This document shows positions 34,233 to 41,605 of a DNA stretch of 64,000 bases, one piece after another. Numbering within the stretch: position 1 is the first letter of the stretch; each line of letters starts with the position of its first letter. The notes beneath the pieces were generated by a model. The model had not been told where the DNA came from. It worked only from the letters and a program-made list of their open reading frames with translations, and ran no database searches. The position numbers and the translations under genes were made by a program. Source of the DNA: a virus; IMG/VR virus record IMGVR_UViG_3300020411_000003; one strand, 5' to 3'.

Positions 34233-34837
34233 GATTCACTCTTTGGATTTATGTAGTAGTTGAAAGCAACACTGATACGATCTTCATCACTGTATGACTC
34301 TTCAACATAATGCCACACATGACCAGGTAATATGTACATTTTACCTGCTTCACTCGGTACACTGTATTGAAAATCATCATACAACTGTGAGTATGTTGAC
34401 CCATCATTGCGAGCCACAATCATCTTGCCACTGTTATCAGGAGTCTTAATGAATGCAACTGCAATTAAATCTGTGCGTCCATGGTGGTGTATAGCATTAT
34501 AGTGATGTTTCTCATTGATGTTCACCCACCAACCCACATGATCTTTACGCAATTTCTTCTTAAACTTACCAGTTGTAATACTATTACACAAATCCCAACA
34601 GTCTTTCTGAAGATTTGAGAGACTTTGTGGGATTTGATTGAGTATTTCAATAGGACACTGTGGTCCAAAGACTGGTGACTGCCAACCTCCGATGTTGCTG
34701 ATAGACTGAGAAGGATAGTCTTGCTTAAGGATGTATGTATCCTCAACAAGTCTATCCAAATCATGATCTAGATTAACAGTGATGATGAAGTCCTGGAATA
34801 TCTCATCCACGACCACACGATTCATGTCAATAGTCAT
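34229..34837 (-). CDS. 2OG-Fe(II) oxygenase (TIGR02466-like)
   Basis: SNIGGWQS, WWVNIN...YNAIHHHG, GKMYILPGHVWHYV, RISVAFN. True start may be 34825. Confidence 0.88.
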   Translation of the reverse strand: MTIDMNRVVVDEIFQDFIITVNLDHDLDRLVEDTYILKQDYPSQSISNIGGWQSPVFGPQCPIEILNQIPQSLSNLQKDCWDLCNSITTGKFKKKLRKDHVGWWVNINEKHHYNAIHHHGRTDLIAVAFIKTPDNSGKMIVARNDGSTYSQLYDDFQYSVPSEAGKMYILPGHVWHYVEESYSDEDRISVAFNYYINPKSES

Positions 34838-35006
34838 CTATTTCATTATGTGCTTTCCATTCTGCATACATGCGTCCGTAGACCATGCCTTCGTTTGATT
34901 TGAGTGGAGATCCTTCAAGAATCTCCCTCTCTCGCTTGTTGATAACATTGAATGCGTCTGAGAGATACTCTCGTTCCCATCCCTTGATACGTTCAGACTT
35001 TTCCAT
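34827..35006 (-). CDS. Conserved hypothetical protein (59 aa), not in ORF track
   Basis: MEKSERIKGWEREYL...EILEGSPLKSNEGMVYGRMYAEWK...; TAATG-type coupling. Confidence 0.7.
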   Translation of the reverse strand: MEKSERIKGWEREYLSDAFNVINKREREILEGSPLKSNEGMVYGRMYAEWKAHNEIDDY

Positions 35007-35147
35007 TTAGCAATCCTTGCATAATTTACGTAGTGTCTCAATGTTTTCTAGGATCTTAGCAGATGCTTCCTCATCATGTTTGGTTTGTGCTTCACAATAT
35101 TGAAGAACCAAAACACGCAATGACTCAGCGATTTGTGATTGATTCAT
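35007..35147 (-). CDS. Hypothetical protein (46 aa), not in ORF track
   Basis: MNQSQIAESLRVLVLQYCEAQTKHDEEASAKILENIETLRKLCKDC fills the gap in the operon. Confidence 0.55.
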   Translation of the reverse strand: MNQSQIAESLRVLVLQYCEAQTKHDEEASAKILENIETLRKLCKDC

Positions 35148-35370
35148 AGAGTTCTTTGAGCTCATACTCGTCGTAAAAATGAGTGGACTCGTTTATATAG
35201 TTGTCGGGATCCATCCACTCGAACCATTCATCCGCAAAAGCGAGGGCATCATCTACCCTTTCCTCCGCAATCAATGCTCTGAAACGATCCATGACCCACT
35301 CACAGATATTGTCACGTTCTCCTGATACACGGATTTCCATGAACTCTGATTCTGGTGTTTGGTTAGTCAT
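35125..35370 (-). CDS. Hypothetical acidic protein (81 aa)
   Basis: DALAFADEWFEWMDP; TAATG coupling. Confidence 0.7.
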   Translation of the reverse strand: MTNQTPESEFMEIRVSGERDNICEWVMDRFRALIAEERVDDALAFADEWFEWMDPDNYINESTHFYDEYELKELYESITNR

Positions 35371-35663
35371 TAGTTACGCTCCAGTGATGCAATGTTGTTC
35401 AAATGATCGTATTGTACAAGGCGATAACCCTCTGGTATCAAGGACTCTAGTGCTTTAACAAACTCAAGAGTGAAACGAGATTGGTAATTCCAAAATGTTC
35501 TGTAATCTCTAGAGTAAGGATCAGCGTTAGTATTAAGTCGAACGGTAAATGCAGAGCGTTCGTTGCACGTGTCGATAGGTGCGAGTAATTCTTTAACATG
35601 AGATACTACCAGTGGAGACAAGCGTTGTGCCTTTAGTTGTTGGTTGTAGAATTTCTTTGACAT
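35370..35663 (-). CDS. Hypothetical protein (97 aa)
   Basis: Directly downstream of the TTGACA/TACACT promoter. Confidence 0.7.
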   Translation of the reverse strand: MSKKFYNQQLKAQRLSPLVVSHVKELLAPIDTCNERSAFTVRLNTNADPYSRDYRTFWNYQSRFTLEFVKALESLIPEGYRLVQYDHLNNIASLERN

Positions 35664-35685
35664 AGTAGGTTGTTACCTGTAGGAT

Positions 35686-35714
35686 AGTGTAGCAGAGAAT
35701 GGTATGAGTGTCAA
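35686..35714 (-). promoter_or_regulatory. Sigma70-like early promoter
   Basis: TTGACA-17 nt-TACACT. Confidence 0.8.
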
Positions 35715-35723
35715 GTGGTGTAT

Positions 35724-36146
35724 CTATATCATGTATAGATACCCACCTGCCCAGTCTGCTCTACGTAAACACTCTAGTCTTGATGCTTCATCCATTAGAT
35801 TGAATCTGATGTGCTTTGCTGGTTTGTTATATCCTGCTGGTTTGTACACATCACCTGTTTTCTTATCTATGAATGCATGTACTGATGAATCTCTGTACTC
35901 ATACTTAGGTGAAGGTCCCATGTCATCAAACTCTTGCATAACAATCTTGATGTACTTACGTCCTACGTATGATACAAATTTGTTAAGACCTGCTGTACCC
36001 TCCATGATCTTAGAGAGAGCACCTTGATGATATCCAGTGGAATCTCCTTCCTTAAGGATAGATCTGTTGTGCATTGCGATGCTATGATCTTCAAAGTCTT
36101 TGTCTAATGCGTTGATTAGTTCTTGTGCTCTTTCTGCTACGGTCAT
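35724..36146 (-). CDS. Conserved phage early protein (140 aa)
   Basis: GRKYIKIV...SVHAFIDKKTGDVYKPAGYNKPAKHIRFNL. Start at 36146 lies behind module 7. Confidence 0.8.
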   Translation of the reverse strand: MTVAERAQELINALDKDFEDHSIAMHNRSILKEGDSTGYHQGALSKIMEGTAGLNKFVSYVGRKYIKIVMQEFDDMGPSPKYEYRDSSVHAFIDKKTGDVYKPAGYNKPAKHIRFNLMDEASRLECLRRADWAGGYLYMI

Positions 36147-36174
36147 GATTAGTAAGATTGTTGTGTATGTACTT

Positions 36175-36230
36175 ATTATAATGGAAAAACAGGCAGTGTG
36201 AACCACCTGTGTACCAGTTTATGAACTGGT
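36175..36230 (-). promoter_or_regulatory. Palindrome-spacer-TATAAT early module 7
   Basis: Perfect ACCAGTT-CATA-AACTGGT, 32 nt containing ACAGG/CCTGT stem plus T-tract, TATAAT. Confidence 0.85.
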
Positions 36231-36530
36231 CTCTAGTATAATATCTCTTACTCTCTCACGATCTAGACTATCACCACCACCCCATGTGTAATGTACATAC
36301 TCTAGGTCACCTTTCTCAATTCTCTCAATGTACACGTCAAGTGCATCTTCAATCTTCTGACTAGTTAATCCATCTATAGGATATAATACATCTGGGTGTG
36401 TTGGTAAGTAGAATGATTCAACATACTCAACGAATAACTGTCTATTTGCTGCTGCTTCTGCTTCTTCAATAGAATATGGTTCATCTGATACCATTCTTTC
36501 AGCGAATTCATTGAGTTGACGTGTCATCAT
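36219..36530 (-). CDS. Hypothetical protein (103 aa)
   Basis: SD AAGGA; WGGGDSLDRERVRD motif; behind module 8. Confidence 0.75.
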   Translation of the reverse strand: MMTRQLNEFAERMVSDEPYSIEEAEAAANRQLFVEYVESFYLPTHPDVLYPIDGLTSQKIEDALDVYIERIEKGDLEYVHYTWGGGDSLDRERVRDIILETSS

Positions 36531-36555
36531 GTGTTCCTTTGTTTGTTATGTACTT

Positions 36556-36610
36556 ATTATAAAGCATATAACCACACATGCAATCAATCGTGTACAGTTT
36601 CTGAACTGTC
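36556..36610 (-). promoter_or_regulatory. Palindrome-spacer-TATAAT early module 8
   Basis: GACAGTT-CAGA-AACTGTA, 31 nt, TATAAT. Confidence 0.85.
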
Positions 36611-36796
36611 CACTTTCTTACACTCTTTCCAATATTGCCTGTACACTAACAAATTACATTGTTTGTAACCATGTAATGTATTCTCATCCTCCCACTGTGC
36701 CACACATAACGTAAAATAATGGTGATCTATAAATGTGATGAAACCTGACTCATCACCGTATTGTATATGATCACCGACAGAGAATGGGAAAGACAT
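36584..36796 (-). CDS. Hypothetical protein (70 aa)
   Basis: VGDHIQY...GFITFID...YFTLCV; co-oriented in the operon. Confidence 0.7.
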   Translation of the reverse strand: MSFPFSVGDHIQYGDESGFITFIDHHYFTLCVAQWEDENTLHGYKQCNLLVYRQYWKECKKVDSSETVHD

Positions 36797-36798
36797 AA

Positions 36799-37017
36799 CT
36801 ATAAGGCAAATTTACTTATAGAAATGCATGTCATGAATGACAGCATAATTACGACATCCCATCCTTTAGTACGTATGAAATATGGTATGCTAATTGCATC
36901 AGCAATAGCATGCATCACAGTACCAGTGATGACATTTACATGAAGGATAATAAAATATGAGATCACAATCATACATGATCCAATAATCCTGCTAATTGTA
37001 TCTACTTTCAATGTCAT
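36799..37017 (-). CDS. Small multi-pass membrane protein (72 aa)
   Basis: Three hydrophobic stretches and IPYFIRTKGWDVVIML; ATGA coupling at 37017. Confidence 0.75.
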   Translation of the reverse strand: MTLKVDTISRIIGSCMIVISYFIILHVNVITGTVMHAIADAISIPYFIRTKGWDVVIMLSFMTCISISKFAL

Positions 37018-37172
37018 GCTACTATCCACTCATGCTTTTCTGCTTTACGCTTACAGTACATACAATACAATGCAGACCATGCAAAGTTGTACACTCTTGA
37101 TGCACCATCACAGTGTGGACATACAATCCATCTACCGTCACGTGGTGCTCGTGTGTGATTGTTTACGTTCAC
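37014..37172 (-). CDS. Zinc-finger protein (52 aa)
   Basis: CPHC...FAWSALYCMYC. GTG start at 37172 with SD GAGG. Confidence 0.75.
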   Translation of the reverse strand: MNVNNHTRAPRDGRWIVCPHCDGASRVYNFAWSALYCMYCKRKAEKHEWIVA

Positions 37173-37195
37173 ATGTACCTCATAGAATATGGTGA

Positions 37196-37291
37196 GCGAA
37201 AACAAAACTGAGGGTCGTCTTTGTATGCATTACCCCAACGGTCATGTGACTGCTTCTAAGTCAGTCTAGTCAGGAACTCGTTTGTTTTCGC
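37196..37291 (-). ncRNA. Candidate structured RNA or leader (96 nt)
   Basis: Perfect 11-bp closing stem GCGAAAACAAA/TTTGTTTTCGC extended by C-GAG/CTC-A-G, with internal hairpin GACTG...CAGTC and GGGT...ACCC. Begins 6 nt after TATAAT. Confidence 0.55.
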
Positions 37292-37297
37292 ATTCTT

Positions 37298-37353
37298 ATT
37301 ATAATGGATAAAGTATCGGTTGCAACCATTTGTTAGACACTTGTAACACTGGC
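37298..37353 (-). promoter_or_regulatory. Palindrome-spacer-TATAAT early module 9
   Basis: GCCAGTG-TTAC-AAGTGTC, 32 nt, TATAAT. Confidence 0.8.
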
Positions 37354-37356
37354 ACA

Positions 37357-37710
37357 CTACAGACTGCTACCCTTATGGAATTTTGCTATATCTGACATAG
37401 TGATATGAGCAGCATACTTGTATTCATTCATTTCTTTCTTACCTGGAATTGTGGTAGGAGTATACTCATACCCTTCTTCAGGTGATGGTGTCCAGTCAGG
37501 ATCTTTACCCCACTCATTCCAGTCCTCCTCATTTAATAGGACTGTCTTGGGTGCTTTACCACTCATCTTAGCAGCATCATCAGCATGTTGTTGATGATAT
37601 GATTGAAGTCTTTCTAACTCTGACTGTAAATCAGAATGAAACTCATCAACAGATGCATCATCAAGATACATTTGAATTGCTTCTGCTAACATCGTTCTTC
37701 TACTTTTCAT
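37357..37710 (-). CDS. Conserved hypothetical protein (117 aa)
   Basis: LAEAIQMYLDD...FHSDL...YKYAAHITMSDIAKF. Confidence 0.75.
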   Translation of the reverse strand: MKSRRTMLAEAIQMYLDDASVDEFHSDLQSELERLQSYHQQHADDAAKMSGKAPKTVLLNEEDWNEWGKDPDWTPSPEEGYEYTPTTIPGKKEMNEYKYAAHITMSDIAKFHKGSSL

Positions 37711-37711
37711 T

Positions 37712-37906
37712 TTACTTCCTTATAGTATTAAGATATTCTAGTACGTGATCTCTCACTGCCATGAGTTCATTAAAACATTTTTGGTTGTGAGCACACCCAC
37801 GTAGAGAATTGTCTGGTTTCTGTACTGACTCAATGAATAAGTCTAGTCCACGATTCCACTTCTCATCTTGAGTTTCTTCATGATCAATTGAGCGTTGGTC
37901 TTTCAT
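37712..37906 (-). CDS. Conserved cyanophage hypothetical protein (64 aa)
   Basis: WNRGLDLFIESVQKPDNSLRGCAHNQKCFNELM. Confidence 0.8.
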   Translation of the reverse strand: MKDQRSIDHEETQDEKWNRGLDLFIESVQKPDNSLRGCAHNQKCFNELMAVRDHVLEYLNTIRK

Positions 37907-38688
37907 AGGAATTTCTTAAGAGGTGTGTGACGTGCAATACGGTCGTCTGCCATCTTAACATACTCTTCATGAATTTCAACACCAATGTATCGTCTGTCAT
38001 ATTTCAAGCATGATATGGCAGTAGTTCCTGATCCCATGAATGGATCAAGAACTAGATCATTCACAAAACTATAATATTGAACTATCCTATCAGATAACTC
38101 AGTTGGATATGGTGCTAAGTGTTTTGATGTGGTCTCAGGATTGAAACACCATACATTACTACGTTCATACCCATCAGGAACTAATGATCTTTCAAGTATC
38201 TCAGGTGCATATGATCGTACTGTCTTATCTATAAGAAATGATGCAGGTTTCTTGAATATTAATATAGTCTCTGTTACAAGGTTTGGTTTATATGCTACTG
38301 GTTTACGATGCTGAAAAAATCCACCGTTACGATTAACAGCAGATCCTTCTGGTTTCAACCATATAATATCATCAATGTATTGCCATCCCAATCTCTCCAT
38401 AATACTAAAGAAGTGGAATGGAATCGCAAGTCTCTTACTCTCATGTGCTCTTGACTCACGTGCTTGTATGACTGGTGATAAATTGACAGCACACATTCTA
38501 CCTTGTTCAGTTACTCTGTATACTTCACGAAATATATCTTCAAGAAATTGTAGATACTTATCATACGTAGACCATTGTGCGTATGCCTTTGCATTATAAT
38601 ATGGTGGAGATGTACATGTAAGGTGTACACAATCTCCATCCATCTCAGTCAAATAATTTAATGCATCGTCACATACTATCTTATTCAT
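37903..38688 (-). CDS. Beta-class amino-DNA methyltransferase (N4-C or N6-A)
   Basis: N-terminal TSPPY (motif IV) and C-terminal VLDPFMGSGTT (motif I). Confidence 0.92.
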   Translation of the reverse strand: MNKIVCDDALNYLTEMDGDCVHLTCTSPPYYNAKAYAQWSTYDKYLQFLEDIFREVYRVTEQGRMCAVNLSPVIQARESRAHESKRLAIPFHFFSIMERLGWQYIDDIIWLKPEGSAVNRNGGFFQHRKPVAYKPNLVTETILIFKKPASFLIDKTVRSYAPEILERSLVPDGYERSNVWCFNPETTSKHLAPYPTELSDRIVQYYSFVNDLVLDPFMGSGTTAISCLKYDRRYIGVEIHEEYVKMADDRIARHTPLKKFL

Positions 38689-39104
38689 CCAATGCTCCTC
38701 GATGATGATTTGTTACTGTTACAGTCTCCATTTAATATTGATTTGCGTCCATGACATAGTTTACAGTATGTCTTGACATTACTAGGAACATTATTATGAT
38801 GATCACCATCTAAATGGTCTAGGTCAAGACTAGTCTCGAATCCTACAAATGTAGATACAGGACATGTCCATCCTAAATGACCATCATTATTTTCGCAATA
38901 GTTCTTTTTATGTCTTGTAACACCAGGTCTATCGATTCCTTTCTTACGTGCAGTAGCACAACTAGAACATTCTGATTTGAATGACCAGTACTTCCACTCT
39001 CTTACTTGTACATTATTATTACATCCATCATTGACACATGTAGGAAGTGTGTGTCCTTCTGCAAAGAATCTTGCTTTCTGTTGTTGTGATACTGTAGAAG
39101 GCAT
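38685..39104 (-). CDS. Zn-binding HNH endonuclease
   Basis: DLDHLDGDHHNNVPSNVKTYCKLCH core with upstream Cys pairs. Confidence 0.85.
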   Translation of the reverse strand: MPSTVSQQQKARFFAEGHTLPTCVNDGCNNNVQVREWKYWSFKSECSSCATARKKGIDRPGVTRHKKNYCENNDGHLGWTCPVSTFVGFETSLDLDHLDGDHHNNVPSNVKTYCKLCHGRKSILNGDCNSNKSSSRSIG

Positions 39105-39123
39105 CGTTTAACTAACGCTACTA

Positions 39124-40071
39124 CTAGTATAGCGGAAGTTTGTTGGGTATGCTATTGATACGTTCAGTTTGCAAACTGGCATAGTCCTTATGCAATTCAC
39201 ATCCAATGTATGCTCTACTATTCTTCTTAGCAACCATCGCTGTGGTTCCTGATCCTAAGAATGGATCTAGAATAATATCACCCTCCTCAGAACCTGCTAG
39301 AATGCAAGGTTCAATTAAATCAGGTGGGAATGTTGCGAAGTGAGCACCCTTGTAAGGTTTACTAGTTATCGTCCAGACAGATCTTTTATTCTTTGTTCGA
39401 TATGACTTTGTAAGTCCTGTATGGGGTTGTAATCCAGTTCCTTCATTGTGATATTTTCCATTGGATCTGTCACGTGTGCCCCAATCTTTTGCTGGTTCCT
39501 TGATTGCTTCATTGTTATAATAATATTTCTTACTCTTACTTAGTAAAAAGATATATTCATGTGATTTTGTGCATCTATCTCTTACTGACTCAGGCATAGG
39601 ATTTGGTTTGTTCCAAATAATATCCTGCCTCAGATACCAACCATCAGCACGTAGTGCAAATGCTAACATCCAAGGTATACCAATAAGATCCTTGCTTTTC
39701 AATCCTTCTAGTTTATTTCCTCTAGCAGGTGAAAAACTAGGCAAATCTTGATTGGTTTTGCTTACTGTTTGTTTAGGATAGTTCCCATCACTTCTGTAAT
39801 TGTAATAGGTATCACCCATGTTAACCCATAATGTACCATCATCAGCAAGTACATCACGTACACCTCTGAATACTTCTACCAGACTATCAATAAACTGTTC
39901 TGGTGTTTGTTCTTGTCCAATCTGTTCTTCCTCACCACCATAGTCACGTAAACCATAATAAGGTGGAGATGTTACACACATACGTGGTCTCTCAGAGATA
40001 CCAGTTGTGATTTGTGCCTTGAGTGTACCTAGTGTCTTACGACAATCACCAAATAATACTGTGTTTCTCAT
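39124..40071 (-). CDS. Beta-class DNA methyltransferase, M.SmaI/M.Cfr9I-like (probable m4C)
   Basis: CVTSPPYYG, WYLRQDIIWNKPNPMPESVRDRCTKSHEYIFLLSK, HFATFP, ILDPFLGSGTT. Confidence 0.92.
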   Translation of the reverse strand: MRNTVLFGDCRKTLGTLKAQITTGISERPRMCVTSPPYYGLRDYGGEEEQIGQEQTPEQFIDSLVEVFRGVRDVLADDGTLWVNMGDTYYNYRSDGNYPKQTVSKTNQDLPSFSPARGNKLEGLKSKDLIGIPWMLAFALRADGWYLRQDIIWNKPNPMPESVRDRCTKSHEYIFLLSKSKKYYYNNEAIKEPAKDWGTRDRSNGKYHNEGTGLQPHTGLTKSYRTKNKRSVWTITSKPYKGAHFATFPPDLIEPCILAGSEEGDIILDPFLGSGTTAMVAKKNSRAYIGCELHKDYASLQTERINSIPNKLPLY

Positions 40072-40151
40072 TTTTTAAAGACACCAAATTTAGTTAGTAA
40101 GTAAAGTGATAGTACTGTCCAGAATACTATCTCTAATCCTATGTTATTCAT
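40068..40151 (-). CDS. 27-aa membrane peptide, not in ORF track
   Basis: MNNIGLEIVFWTVLSLYLLTKFGVFKK; coupled at both ends (TAATG/ATGA). Confidence 0.7.
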   Translation of the reverse strand: MNNIGLEIVFWTVLSLYLLTKFGVFKK

Positions 40152-40375
40152 TTACTATAATGTTTCATCATTAAGTTGTAAGCAACTTGATAGTTACAAG
40201 CTTTAAGTATTTCACCATTGTGTATGACCATGTACCTGTTATGCTTACCAGCACAAGGTACAGCAGCCCATTCACCATAAGGATCCTTAGTAACAAATCC
40301 TGGCATCATAAACTTATCGTCTAATAGATACGGATTGTCTAATTTCTCTAGGTTGGGTCTGGTACGTTTTGCCAT
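40148..40375 (-). CDS. Hypothetical protein (75 aa)
   Basis: GFVTKD...WAAVP...YMVIHNG; co-oriented. Confidence 0.7.
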   Translation of the reverse strand: MAKRTRPNLEKLDNPYLLDDKFMMPGFVTKDPYGEWAAVPCAGKHNRYMVIHNGEILKACNYQVAYNLMMKHYSK

Positions 40376-40701
40376 ACTATATCACCGTATGTATCAACGA
40401 CATACGCATTTATGAAATGATCTGAGTCAGGGCAGTCTGCTTGCTTGGGGAACCAAGCACCAGCATTCACTGTAGCAGTGTCCTCTGTCTCAAACCTGAT
40501 AGTAGTATACACCCCTTGTTTGATGATGTCAAGTACATACTCATCCATGAATCCTTCATACCATGAATTCACGGTTGCTTTCTTACTTGCATCAAGATTA
40601 TTATATGTGCTAAGATCCATGTATACCAAATAACATTGGTTACGATTAGCATAGTATTCCATCAACTGAAATACTGATAGTTCGTTACCCTGTATGATCA
40701 T
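40348..40701 (-). CDS. Conserved hypothetical protein (117 aa)
   Basis: ATGA-coupled to the upstream gene. Confidence 0.75.
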   Translation of the reverse strand: MIIQGNELSVFQLMEYYANRNQCYLVYMDLSTYNNLDASKKATVNSWYEGFMDEYVLDIIKQGVYTTIRFETEDTATVNAGAWFPKQADCPDSDHFINAYVVDTYGDIVWQNVPDPT

Positions 40702-41573
40702 GACATTCCTTCTAACTCATCACTAGCATCTTTGATAATTCTTTCTAAGAAATCTCTATTCTTCTCAGTATCACGACCACCATACTCAGCCTCTATTCTA
40801 TCTGTTTTAATCTTATCATACTCAACCAACATATCATTGAAGTATGTCTTATCAGTCTCTGACTTAAGTGTCAAGAAATATGCTATCTTATCTCTGAACT
40901 TCTTAAGTCTATGCTTACCCATTTCAATGAACTGACCAGTAGTTGCAAGATAATCTTCAGTTGGGTAGTCTACCTTGTATACTTTATTATAAAACTCTGG
41001 AGATATAGGGAACTTAGTATTCTCTGTGTCATTAGTAAACTCGGTAGAATCAGTTAGTTCTCTTAGTTTAGTTCTATACAATGTATACTGTGCTTTAGTA
41101 TCAGCATCAATTGGTGCATCAGGTAACTGTGTCCAATCTGTTTCATCCAACAAGAAATTTCTTGCTAGTCTTATACTAAATGGTGAGACTGCTTTCTGCT
41201 TAGAATACATTCTAGCTAATTCATCTTGGAAATCTTGGTTCTCAAGTGAATCAATTAAATAGAATCCTTCAATTAGTTTATCTTTAAATGCAGTTGCTTC
41301 GGCAGCACCAACTGCCTCCATCTCATAGTCAACCCACTTAAATGTATTAGTCTTAAAGTCTTTTACATACTTCCTACGCTTTGCAGTGTATGAATCATTG
41401 GTAAAATACTGAAACGTGATGAGTTTATCCTTGTCACTATCCCATAAAGGGTATAACAATGGAGTGAGTGTATCCTTCCAATATGTTTCAGGAATAGTCT
41501 TTGGTGTACCGTTGTACTCAATCTCCTGATTGATAACATCTAACTGTACTTGCAGTACTGGTGCATCTGCCAT
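40698..41573 (-). CDS. Protein with tail-fibre assembly chaperone-like domain
   Basis: RNFLLDETDWTQLPDAP...YTLYRTKLRELT, directly downstream of the fibre genes. Confidence 0.7.
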   Translation of the reverse strand: MADAPVLQVQLDVINQEIEYNGTPKTIPETYWKDTLTPLLYPLWDSDKDKLITFQYFTNDSYTAKRRKYVKDFKTNTFKWVDYEMEAVGAAEATAFKDKLIEGFYLIDSLENQDFQDELARMYSKQKAVSPFSIRLARNFLLDETDWTQLPDAPIDADTKAQYTLYRTKLRELTDSTEFTNDTENTKFPISPEFYNKVYKVDYPTEDYLATTGQFIEMGKHRLKKFRDKIAYFLTLKSETDKTYFNDMLVEYDKIKTDRIEAEYGGRDTEKNRDFLERIIKDASDELEGMS

Positions 41574-41597
41574 TGTATTTTAGTATCTCCGTAGTTA

Positions 41598-41605
41598 TAT
41601 TTAGA
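41598..41605 (-). promoter_or_regulatory. Late promoter variant TCTAAATA
   Basis: Overlaps the stop of the upstream fibre gene, 24 nt before the ATG at 41573. Confidence 0.55.

Noticed and set aside
34838-35041. 67-aa minus-strand ORF from the track
   Set aside because: The alternative frames (34827-35006 and 35007-35147) tile the operon with coupled starts and stops and look more protein-like.
28327-37353. Repeated palindromes as a CRISPR array or integron attC sites
   Set aside because: The repeats are degenerate, hundreds to thousands of bp apart, separated by genes and tied to a -10 box. There is no cas gene or integrase in the window.
32229-40071. DNA hypermodification pathway (2OG oxygenases acting with the MTases)
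   Set aside because: The oxygenases look TIGR02466/P4H-like rather than TET/JBP-like, lie more than 3 kb from the MTases, and no glycosyltransferase or nucleotide kinase is nearby.
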